DNA of 64,000 nt from Amoebophrya sp. A120. Taxonomy: Eukaryota; Protista; Dinoflagellata. Each line of letters starts with the position of its first letter. Position 1 is the stretch's first letter. The position numbers were made by a program, and so were the translations under genes. The notes below the pieces were generated by a model, which saw only the letters and a list, made by a program, of their open reading frames with translations, was not told the DNA's origin and did not search any database. Location of the stretch: positions 3,947,556 through 4,011,555 of the forward strand of contig CAJINV010000005.1 of the NCBI GenBank assembly GCA_905178155.1, written 5' to 3'. Of the stretch, positions 49,501 through 61,100 are shown in pieces.

Positions 49501-52500
49501 CGTGGTGTCCAGTTTCTGGAAGTGCATATCGCCCTGCATCATGAGGCGAAAGCAGGCCTGGCAGGCGACGCCCTTCCCGCGCTCGACGACCCGGAAGTCT
49601 CGTTTGCGGTGCATGTCCCGAATGTCTTCGATCATCTTCTCCAGGTCCTCGGCCACTCGGTCGAAGTTCTCGTATGAACTGCAAAAGTATCGTGCTCGTA
49701 GTAATTGCAGTCATGCATGACAGTCCTGGCTTCTTAGCTAATTCAGCATTACAAATGCCTTTTCTCCTTCTGGAAAAATTTGTGATGCTATTTCTACTAG
49801 TACGATACTTTTGCAATGCATATCTCGATCATGGTATCGATGTCGTTCTCCCACGTTTCGTACGTGTTTTCGTACCGGTCGACCGCTGCCTGGGTGTAGT
49901 CCTTACGCTGCTGCTCTAAGTCGATTGCAAGTGCGGCAAACTGTGCAGTTTGGTTTTCATCTATCACAACTCATCTGCGATTTTTTTGGGCATGATCTTC
50001 GCTTGTCTAGACGTGAACTTTTGCTTTCGGAATTGGAGGAGCACTTTCTTAGAACTGGGGATATATAATATAAATATCATGAAACCTAACCAACGTTCTT
50101 GGGGAAAAAGAAAAAGCGTGAAGTGTAACTGAACTGCTACTGCCCCAAATGAAAGGAAGTGCCAACGCAATGATAAACACTGCACCAGCAGAATTGTTTA
50201 AATTCACAGAAACAAACAGATTGTTATCAAGAAGGACCTCCTCTTTTAGTTGCTTATCCCGCTCGATCCATTCTTTGTCTTTTTCCGGAATTTTTACTTC
50301 GTAGATGACGTCGATCTCCAGTTTTAATTCGTCCATTGCTTCGTAGAGAGCTGCCTCCTTGGCCCCGATACTTTCGACCTCTTCCAGAAGCTCTTCGTAG
50401 AGACGCTTGATCTTTACTAGGTAGTTTTCCGCCTTGAGCAGCGGATGAACGATGAGCCACGCTTCCCATCCGTTCTTCAACGCTGCTGCCTTCGACCGGT
50501 TGCGCAAACCAAGCCGGCGCCTAGGAATTTTGCGTGTCAGCGCTTGCGTATGCTCGGGAATTTGATTGAGGAAAGTGAAGAGATTGCAATTGGCTTGTTG
50601 TTCAGCTAACTGAGTAGTGTGTTTACTGGAGATAAGTAAAAAGCTTAGGCTGCATCTGCAACTGCATGCGACATAAGGACCGGCTTTTCTGTACGAGGCA
50701 GAGCAAATAGAAAATTGTTAATACTGGATGAAGGCCGACAGACCGATGGTGATTTTGGTGTTTTCCTTGTGTATGCGGTCGTAAACGATGTAGCGCTCCT
50801 CCATGCGATTGCAGAGGTCGTCGAAGTAGGTGTAGTCCAGTTTTTTGCGCAGCCGCTTGTACCGCTTTTCGTACCGGCAGTACCACTGCCACCGCGTGAA
50901 CAGCAGCCGCTTCCAGTGGCGCGCCTCCTGTTCCCAGAGACTCTCGGCGTAAATCTCGCACGCGTGTTGGTACCGCTCCGCCTTTTTGCGTTTCAGGTTG
51001 ATCCGCCGGGCCAGCGCGTGCAGGAGCGAGGCGCGCTCGTGCCGGGTTTTTAGGAGGAGCTTGTCCAGCCGCCGCCCCTCGGCCTCCAGCTGGGTGTTTT
51101 CGGCCACCTTGTTGTCGATCTTCTCGGTCTATGAACTGCAAAAGTATCGTACTGGTAGTATTGCAATACAAATTGGGTCAGCATGAAAAATGGAGTTTGT
51201 CATGCTGATTTAGCTTGAAGAAGAAACTTGTCTTCCATGACTGCGATTAGTAGCAGTAGGTACGACTACGATGCTTTTGCACAGGATATGGTCCACCTCT
51301 GCACGAATGTCATGGCATACTCGAGCTTATCGTCCCACTTCCCGAGCTCCTCCTCCAAGCGCGCAATCTCCTCCTTTTCCAGTTCGGACTGGGCCTTGTC
51401 CCAGTCGGCTTTGGCCTCCTTTTCGGCCTTCTCCGCCTTCCACGCCTCGTACTCCGCCAACCCGTCCTCAGAAAGATCGGAGGGTGTGCCAAGCCCGCCC
51501 CAGTAGTCGCTGTCTTCCTCGTCCTCCTCGCTGCCCTCTGTTTGATTGTTGTAGTAAAAGAATAGTGCTTAGGGGTGATATTGATCATTTTGGGACCTTC
51601 TTCGGCGCAAAAAAAAAGCCTTGCAGTTGTAATTATGTAAGTAAGCACTTTGCATTCCAAAGAAACGAATCTTCACGAACCCAAGCCTGCTTTACCATCC
51701 TTTCATGAGCGAGGAGCTCGACCTTCGAGAGCAGCACTTCATCTTTTTGCCTACAGAGGAACCAAGAAATGTAGCAGCACTTTCCAACAGATAGTAAGTA
51801 CTAATACCCTCTTCCTCATCTTCCTCCTGATCCAAGACGGATCTGCGGCGGGGCTTTTTCTCTTCGTCTTTCTTTTTCTCGCCGAAGTCTTGCGCCATGG
51901 CGGCCTCCGCGATTTTCTGGATCTCGTCGATCTCGATTTGCCCCTTGGCCATTTTCGGGTCCGTTCGGGCAAAGGTTTTGTCCGTCGCGACCTTCGCGTC
52001 AAAGACCCGGACCGTCTGGCCTATCAAATGCAAAAGTGTCTGGGTCTGGAAGATTGCGAGACTTGTCATGCTTGTCTGGCATGACCAAAAAGTTTGTGAT
52101 GCGTGTCCAAGAAGAGACCCTTTTGCCTGTCATGCAAAAGCGCAGCTTTTCATGCGAAAAACGCAACACAAAGCAGCGCAGACTTTTCTCATGCTTGGCT
52201 GTGCATTACAGAGCATTCACTATTCCCGACGCAGCATTACAATTTTCCAGACCCAGACATTTTTGCATTTGATATGGCCACAGTGGTAGCAAAAGATCCA
52301 GTTCGGACGCGGCAGCATGTGATCGCCCAGCCGACCGCTACCCGCGATGCTCTATCAAAATGAAAAATGCCCCCACCCCCAGCTTGGCAGCATTTGTGTT
52401 GCAAACCTTTCCAACAGAAACATTCCCCGTCTTGCAACTCTCAGCATCACAAATTTTCCATGCTGAATAGGTCAAATTTGTGTTGCGAAGTAGCCCAACA

Positions 52501-53900
52501 GCAGCCTGATCTGGTATGCACAAGGCACCTTGCGCACCCTGATTCTGCATCAGAAACGCTCGCAATCCTTTTATGCAAGACAAAAAGCTTTCATCTGGAA
52601 ACTTTGCATGACAAACTTCTGCATTTTTTCACTGCAATATGGGGGCATTTTTCACTGTAATATGCTCACGTTCATCTTCTTCGCCTGTTTCTGAATTTCC
52701 GCGCGCACCTGTTTGTAGGAGAGTTTGACCTCGACTGCCTTGAAGCTGTAGATCGCCTTTTTGCACTTCACGTTGGTGTATCAAATGTAAAAATGCCTGG
52801 GTCTGGAATAATGCAACTTGTCATGCTAAATCTGAAGCATGCAAAAATCTGTGTTGCGTGATTACCAAAAGTCGTCCAGTTTTGACCAAGTCGGGAGGCG
52901 GTTTCTCATGCAGGCTGGGCATGAGAAAGATCGCACAGAATCTGTCATGCTAGATCCTGCATTCCAGACCTCACGGGTCATGGAAAAGCTGCATGACAAG
53001 TCGCGCACTCTTCCAGACCCAGACATTTTTACATTTGATATGGTGCACTCGATGGCCTGTGGGACGCGCTGCCCGGTGCTTTCCTCCTGCTTCACGGTCT
53101 TTTCGGACTTCTCCTCCTCATACATCGGCGGCATTGCGGCCGGATCTTTTTCCTGCACCGCCTTGGCACGATTGTGTTTGAAGATAGTTCCTGTTATAGT
53201 GGTTTTTCTTTCGATCTAAATTTCAGTTGCATAGATAGTGCTAGCTACAGATAACGAAGATGGATCCGCGGCACATATTTTTACTGTGTCCTCAAGCGGT
53301 CTCTTGTACCAGTTGTAGACAACCACGTGCAACATTTTTAGCTGCGCGAACGGCGACGGCCGGTGAAGGGGTGAGACCATGAGAAAGTCACTTCGATTTT
53401 TCCATGCAGAGTGAGTGTGCAGCCTGCATTCTTCATCACACCCACGCACCGTCTGCGTCTGGAAAGCGCAAAGAAATGATCCTCAAGTGGAATTATAAGG
53501 CATCGTACTAAGCAATAGTGAAGAAAATCCAAAGTACGCATTTGTTTTGCGCTTCGCAGCCTGGTTTCGATCCGGTTCTCTTCTTTCTTGCGCTTCCGGC
53601 GCTCCACCTCCAGCTGCTTTTGCCGCGCATCCTCCTCGCGCTCCCGTTCCGCTGCCGTTGCGGCAGACACCATCCTGCTCGGGGACGAAGCCTAGTAGGC
53701 TGCACAAGCACTCTACTGAAGATCTCGCGCTAGTACTTAGACGACCGCAGACGTTGTTCCTTGGTCCTGTCTATCCTTGCAAACGATCGCATCCTGATGT
53801 GCCACCGCTCGCGCGCGGCCCGAAAACGGAGGTCAGCTTTGTGCTGCCGCCCCCAGCGCGCGTGTTGGGTCTGCCGTGCTCTATTGCTTGTTGTGCACAG
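43550..53900 (-). CDS. Large multi-exon coiled-coil hypothetical protein (one or two genes)
   Basis: E/K/R-rich exons (53500-53900, 51810-52021, 51289-51540, 50718-51129, 50230-50507, 49400-49672, 46789-47690). Frames join across introners (e.g. IDTMIE|NFDRVAED). Ends uncertain. Confidence 0.45.
43870..46710. repeat. Palindromic satellite / foldback-like block
   Basis: Tandem ~21-bp GCACAAAATCGATTTTGCATT at 43870-44500, dispersed AAAATCGATTTT to 46710, TTCCGGAA clusters, and a central inverted repeat 45073-45150/45419-45496. Confidence 0.85.
48791..48967. mobile_element. Introner family E
   Basis: TATGAAAGTGCACAAAT ... AATTGTGCACTCGCATA; TSD CTTTC. Joins DNEK|AFPVP. Confidence 0.88.
49673..49822. 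mobile_element. Introner family D (opposite orientation to 40322)
   Basis: TATGAACTGCAAAAGTATCGT ... ACGATACTTTTGCAATGCATA; TSD TCTCG. Confidence 0.92.
51130..51288. mobile_element. Introner family D
   Basis: TATGAACTGCAAAAGTATCGT ... ACGATGCTTTTGCACAGGATA; TSD CGGTC/TGGTC. Confidence 0.88.
52022..52274. mobile_element. Introner family A
   Basis: TATCAAATGCAAAAGTGTCTGGGTCTGGAA and its reverse complement; TSD TGGCC. Confidence 0.95.
52353..52662. mobile_element. Introner family C2
   Basis: TATCAAAATGAAAAATGCCCCCA ... TGGGGGCATTTTTCACTGTAATA; TSD TGCTC. Confidence 0.9.
52779..53040. mobile_element. Introner family A
   Basis: TATCAAATGTAAAAATGCCTGGGTCTGGAA and its reverse complement; TSD TGGTG. 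Confidence 0.95.
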
Positions 53901-55132
53901 ATGTTCATTCGTTATATTGCGACCCGCTATATTTTTTTTATATGATCAGTGTCAGTCGGTTTGCGTTGGTCCCAAACAAAAACATGCTTTTTGCGGTGGC
54001 CCTGACATCATCTGGCAAGCGGAACTGCGTAGCGCTAGCAAACCGATCAACGAAACAGGGCAGGTTTGGTACCCGTGCTCTCGCTGGGTCGTGGTCAACG
54101 TGCGACGAATGAGCGCGCCGTTTAAGAGCACGACGCTGAACGAAGCGACTCGAACGGGTGAAAAACTCTCTAGCCGCTCTTTCTTGTAAACTCGATGGAT
54201 GGAAGTCCAAGAACCACTTCTCAGCGGTACAATCTTCCGTTCGATTTTGATTCTGGAATGCACCGCTCATTTTTGATTTTGGCTAAACAAAGGGAAGCGC
54301 CGGCACCACCACGGTGAGTTTCGGAGAGGTTTGGCGGCGCGGTGCGAGAACAGAAATTTCAACTTATGCGGCCTATATGCACAATATTTTCCCCACCTCG
54401 TTGTCTCTTGCGGCAAGGCGTTGGCGATTGGGTACCTACTATACCATTTTCCGAAACTGCATCTCTATTCTTCGAATCTGAGCCTCCAATAGTAGCGGCC
54501 CGGGCGCAGTTTACTCGAATATACATCAAAGAAACGTAGTTAGTGCGTCTTGTCGCGCGGCTGCGTTGGAGGTTTTGGTTTTCTTTTTGTAGTTCTAGTT
54601 CTGTTTCATCTTTGTACAATATTAAGATCCCATCTGAAACTGAATGCAACTAATTTGCTTTTCGAGTGTACACTGCGAAAAGCGTGCGGTGGAGCATCAA
54701 AACTCAGTAGCTGTGGACGCAGGCAAACAATAGCTCCGGGTACTTCTTCGAGGCCCGTTTCTTTATTCCCAACTGACGGTGACCTCACTCAGCTTTCACC
54801 CTCCATTTGATTCCCTTTTTTTTTCCCCTGGCACAAGTTAGGAGACTCATCTTGCACGAGCAAACAGCTGCTATCTGTCATCAGCTAGCAGAAGAAAGAA
54901 AAGTAGGACTGGTGTGCTTCTGATCAATCTATTTTTGCGCAAATTAATGGCGCGAAGCTTCTGCTTGATTTTCAAAAGCACAACTATCGATATCGTAAAA
55001 TAAGTTTCAAGGTGGTCAACGTCAAGGTTTGATATATTTTCTTTTCAAATTACACTTTCTCGAAGGAGAAAGAACGAAGAACTTAAAGTTTTTCAAAAAA
55101 TCCGAAACGGAAGTCTACATTAGCTTGCGGAC

Positions 55133-58100
55133 TTACTTTTTCGGTGATGGCACCCCCGCTGGAGTACTGGCCTCCTTTTTGGGGCTGTCCAGGTTTTCCT
55201 TCGAGCTTGTCACGTTGTTTCTGCTCCGACTGGTGCCCTTGAAAAGCCCTCCGAGGAAGCCTACTCGCTTCTGATCCTGCTCGCTTTCGTCGCTTTCCTC
55301 GCTGCTGTGCTCGTTGTAAAAGTCAATCTTCTCGTTGGGGTCTGAGATCGGAACGAGAGCAAACCTGGTCAGAGGAGGACAGGTTGTTTGGTAGTTTTAT
55401 GTTTGAAATCTACTGCAATGGTCCAGCTGGTGGCCGAAAGTCGGCTTCGGCAATAAAGTCGACACAAAGAAATTATGATCCTCGCCGCGGAGAGCCACCT
55501 CATCTATCATCATCATGTCATGTTCCTGTGAACAAGAGAATATCAAATGCAAATATGTCTGGGTCTGGAAGGGTGTAACTTGCAATGCTGCATTTGGATT
55601 CTAAAAAAAATCTGTGTTGCAGGAATAGCAAAAGAGGTGCGTTTTTTGCTACGCGGAGGGAGTAATTCTCATGCAGTTGTATGGGCATCAGAAAGCCGTC
55701 ACAATATCTGTGACGCTAGGGCATGCATCACAGACATCGCCGGTGATGCAAAATCTGCATGACAAACTTCCAGACCCAGACATATTTGCAATGCATAAAG
55801 AATCAATCGAATTTACATTCCAAACTCGATCTGCAAGTCGACCATCTGTTTTTCGTCCCAGGCACGTTTCATGCGATCCGCTTCTGATTCGTACTCGCCC
55901 TTCGCCAGCGCTGCCGGAGCCGAAGAGTTCGCACTCGGGGACCCGCCGCCGGGGGTCGTCGGCGGTATGGCGCCGGGTGTGCTGGCCCCCGGTGTCGTTG
56001 CTCCGCCGGGGGAGCTGCTGCCCGCGGGCGTGGCGGCACCACTTGGCTGACTTCCAAATATCCTGGGGAAAAACGTACTACCCAATTCATAATTTCAGTA
56101 TATTGTTGTGTTTGTGACGCAGATCGTCATCCGGCTCGCCCGTATGTTCATGAGAGCCATTTTCTCAGTCATGTGATTTGGGAACTTCTTGTGACGCTCG
56201 AACTAGCACAAGCCAGACATGGCTTCGTGCTGCAGCTGCGCTGGTCACCATCAAGCACGTGATCGCAACTAAAAGAATTGTGGTCATACAGCGAGAGTGG
56301 CTCGCGCTCGCAATCGCAAAACTAAATGATTTCCCATCATGATTATCATGTACTCACGAGGACTGGGTATGTCTTTGCACAGGATATCTCCGTCTTCTGG
56401 CTTCGCACGCCGGAAGGGACTCAGGACGTTCATCAACTTCCTCGCGCCGCGAACCACCCCGGTAGCGGCTCCCTTGAGGGCACCCGACACCATTCCCAGA
56501 TCCTCGTCTGCGTCTCGCTTTCGCTTCAGCAGGGTCACGGTCTGCTTAAACTCGGGCGAAAGAATCTCCTTCGGTGTAATGGAGCCCGAAGCATAATGCC
56601 TGACGCATGCAATTATTCATCTTCATTCAAGCACCATACATATTCATTGACATAATTGCGTTCTCAACAAAGTGCCAACAGAACCCGGTGATAGAGCACA
56701 GTAGGCACGCCTGGCTTCTACTTCTACAATTAATAGCACAACAAAAGACGAGCGAAAGTAGCATATCTTTGCAACGGGGGTAAGTAGGATTTTTCCTACG
56801 TCATACATTGCCACAGTAGTACAATCAACTTACTAGATTACCGACGTTTGTGGAACGACGGATGCATTACTAGTACTGCGCAACAGAAATAACAATAAGT
56901 TTAAGTTCTTATACTTTTTCCGCCCATTGACGTAGACTTTTATTTCGATCTTCAGATTCTGGGGCTGCGTGATGAGGAAGTGACAACCGAAATTGAAGAC
57001 CGTGTCGTAGCTGGGTTTCCTCTTCAGAATGTCCTTGATAATCTCGGGCGGGTAGTGCGCAAAACCGGCAATGTCGTGGATGGGCATGCTTGCGAAATGC
57101 TCATTGCCAATGCTCAGGTTTTCGACCATGGCCTGCATCGCGTGTGGTACCGCGTCGTCCACGAGCGCCGGCACCACCTTCGCAGAACCGCCCCCAGATT
57201 TTTTCACGTCCTTCGGGTCCTCTGCCTCAAAAGTGACGTAGACTTTGTCCTTTTCAAACTTCTTCGGGATGCCTCGCACAGCGACTAGTCTGCACTGGAA
57301 CAGCATCACGTTCTGGTAGTCCTCCAGTGGCAAGCGGACGGGGGTCTTCGAGGGGGACTCCTTCGCAACTTTGCTTCCCTTTTGCAACACAAACATCCCC
57401 CCGGTCGGGACTCTTCCAGTTGTTTGGCATGAAAAGTTGTCCTCTGACTCATGCACACATAAGAGCGGCTTTTCTTCCCTTGCGCATACAAGAGCATGTA
57501 TGGCCAGAAGATGTCAGTGAAAAAAGAGACAGGCAAAAACTTGCGCAGCTTTAGACGGGTGAAGCCGCAAGTGCGTAGTGCATTTCTTGTGTCCGCATGG
57601 TGGAATCGCCTGCATGCTATAAAAATTTCTAGTCCTGCTCTTACACGGACCAAAATGTCATGAAACACACGGCCGTCCGGGGGCAGACATTGCATTGCGT
57701 AGGGATTCTTCAATTCCGGTCGTGGCAGCGCGTCAACGGTTGTGATCGGCTCGAGCTTCAGCGTTTCTAACGAGACATCCAGGTGCCCTCCCCCTTCTAT
57801 CCTGAGTAAAAACATCCCCACACCAGAGTCAAGATGGGGATTTTGCAACACAAACCTAGAACTTTTGGGGGTCACGCATCACAAGTTGCAGTCCGTAGTG
57901 TAGTGCAGGTTCGCAAGGCCAGCTGCATCAGAAATCCATCTGCTCATCCTGTTTACAGCATTACAAATTCCAAAACACGACTAAAAATGCCTCTCCTGGC
58001 GAAGCGCATTACAAATGTTCCTGGCATTGCAAATCTGCATGACAACTCTGGTGTGGGGACGTTTTTACTCAGGATACCTTCCTCTTCGTCTTCCTGCCGT

Positions 58101-61100
58101 AGCGGAATCGTGACCGCGCCGTCCTGCGCCGCTATTTCGCCGACGGGAATGCGGAAGTGCCCGAGTTGGTATGCATTGCAAATATGTCTGCGTCTGGAAA
58201 CATGTAACTTCTGATGCGCATTTTAGACCAGAGAGAGATCTGTCATGCATGGACCGCAAAAGTTGCTCATTTCTTGTCACCAAAAGAGGGAACTTGTCAT
58301 GTGGATTAGGCATCCCGTAACCTTCTCGAAACCTGTGATGCTAGGGCTTCCTTGCTAGACCTTCTGCGTCATGCAAAAACAGCATGACACTTTCCAGACC
58401 CAGACATATTTGTATTTGATAGCTGGTCATCGGAGTCAATATCGGAGTCGAACAACTCCAACGAGATATCGCCAGGAAAAATGCCCCCCCCCGAACTTGG
58501 CAGCATTTGTATTGCAAACCTTTCCAAATGAAACATTCGCCCTCTTGCATCTATCAGCGTCACAGATTTCCGATCGTGAATAGCAAAAATTTGTATTGCA
58601 AAAGACCCCAGCAAGAGCGGCGCTTGTCATGCAAGCGATGCGATATACGCTTCGACTCTGCATCAGAAAGATTCATACTCCTTTCATGCATGACAAAAAG
58701 TTTTCATTTGGAAACTTCGCATCACAAATCATTGCAACTTTGGGGGTGGGGGCAGTTTTCCTTGTAATACGACAACAGCTGCCGCTTGTTGAACATGAAA
58801 AAGTCGTAGATCTGGTCTTGCCACACCGGATTCACCGTGTATTGCAACGAAAAATCCCCCCTCCCCATATTAAAAAGGTATCCTTCGGAAAATTTGTGAT
58901 GCAGATTTGTGGTCACAAATCATTTTTGTTTTGCAAGAAGGCAAGCGCTGGGAGATGAGCCGCATTATGGGCGCGATTTGTCATGCTGGTTGGCCTACAG
59001 GGCAGGCGTTTCCCATGCTATACAGCTAGACCCGTGCGCTCCTAAACAGCTTAACTATCTGGCCACAATTCCTTACAGCAAGACAGACCTCATTTGTGTA
59101 CGCAAATCCAGCATCAGAAGTTTCGCTTTGATATGGGGAGGGGGGATTTTTCCTTTTGATACCGTGTGCTTGATCACTTTGCTTCGAAACTGCCGCGCGC
59201 CAACGCGGACGATGGCGTAGGGGTCACTCGTCGCGGCGCCGAAGAAATTAAAGTCCTTCGCGAGCAGGTTCTTCCCTTTGTGCAGTTGAAACCGCAACAC
59301 CGCTTCTGGCCGTGGGAAGGAAAGCCGCGTCATGTCGATCTAGTGCGTTTGCTTTCAACATTGCGGTGGTGAGAGAGTGCAGCTCACTTCATCACTTCTT
59401 GTTTTGCATGAAGAATATATAACGACAAACACGTCGCAGCTCGTTCTAATTTCGTACTACCTCAAATAAAAACTGCATAGGCCGAGAAGTTGAAGTGGAT
59501 TCTCGGTGTGTATCATACTGCTTCACTTTGCACTTAGCACAAACTAGAGTGCCGCGTGCTAACCTAAAACCAACGCACTATACCTCCGTCGGATCCGCAA
59601 CGGGGACGAAAATGCGATTTGGGAGGACCAGGGAATCCGTGATAGCGTTCCGGATGATGGACCGGATTGTGCCAGCCAGTACGGTATCGATTGCAAACAT
59701 GTCTGGAGAGTAATAGATACACAATGGTGCTGCGTGATGCTCCCCCTACGTGACGCTGTGGAAAGAAAGTCTTCTTCTCGCATCATCATCGTAAGTAATT
59801 ATCATCGTTAGTTGCCGCAACAAATACCCTCGCGGCGTATCACGACCTGGCAAGCGTTTTTACCCCTGGAACGAACAGGGCCTCTCTACTCAAAGAAACG
59901 GGACATTCGAATGTGCCTTTGAAAATAACTACTGATGTATAAATGTAATCCCGGCACAGTTCCAGTCCCAGACATATTTGCAGTTGATACACGGGCATGT
60001 CAATCAGGTTCGCAGCTCCGGTGAAGTCGACGTCCACTGTCGGTGGATTGATCATGAAGATCTGCAACCGATTATCAGCTGCAAATCTGTTTGTGTTCTT
60101 TCGGGAACCAGCAGCTAAGCACAGGGAAGTCGAATGTTGCTGCGTCTTCTTCTGCTCATGTAGTAGACTTCTGCAGCACAATCTTTCCTCTTTTGTCATG
60201 ACAAAGCATGGGTAGTGTTTAGTATTTGAGCACCTATCCGACATAACTGTTGCATGCGCAGGATGGAACCACTTGTTTCCTGCGCGATGTCACGACAAAT
60301 GAAGGCATCTTCACGCAGTCGTAGTATTCGCGGTCATGCACTGAAACCAAGACAGTTCTGGTTGTAGTCATCGATGTAAACAGGAAGAGTTTAGCTCCCA
60401 ATGGGTCTGCTCTGACGCCGTCCCAACAGACACAAACAACCATGCACAGAGTAGCCACCAACCACCGGCATTGTCTCCATCAATGGACGCAAAACCAGAG
60501 AAACGTATCCCAAAGAAAGCTGCTAGCATGATTTGTTTGTGCTTCTACGTATACAAAACAAGTAAGTGCGCACAAGCATCAGAGGAAAAAGTCGTCCATT
60601 GTCGAGCGTTGGTTCAACGCATGCGAAAGCACAGACATTGTTACAGAAGTTGTCTCTATTTCTATATGTTGGCTTGACAGGACGAGCGCAAAGTCATCAA
60701 ACCTGATGCGGTAGCTACTTTCCGGAGGATACGACGGTTCCTTCGATCACAAGCTTCTTCAGACCTGTGGCGGGAGTGGGTTCAGCGTTTTATTAGAAAG
60801 TATCGGCATGATGGCGGCGTCAATGTCTATCCACCTCCAAAATTGTATAAGCAAACATGAACGGATTTCGGAAACTCGAAACTCATGAAGGAGCTCAACG
60901 AGCTCTTCTAGCTTGAAAAGTGCATCTGCAGCAACCTTTTATTGATAGTCATATCTACAATTTCATCGCAAGACTCACGAATAATTCAATTTCGTGAATA
61001 ATTCAAATTGAATAACTCAATTTCATGAATAATTCAAATTGAATAATTCAATTTCATATCAAGTCTCAATCTCAGTCTCAGTCTGAATCTTAAATCTTAC

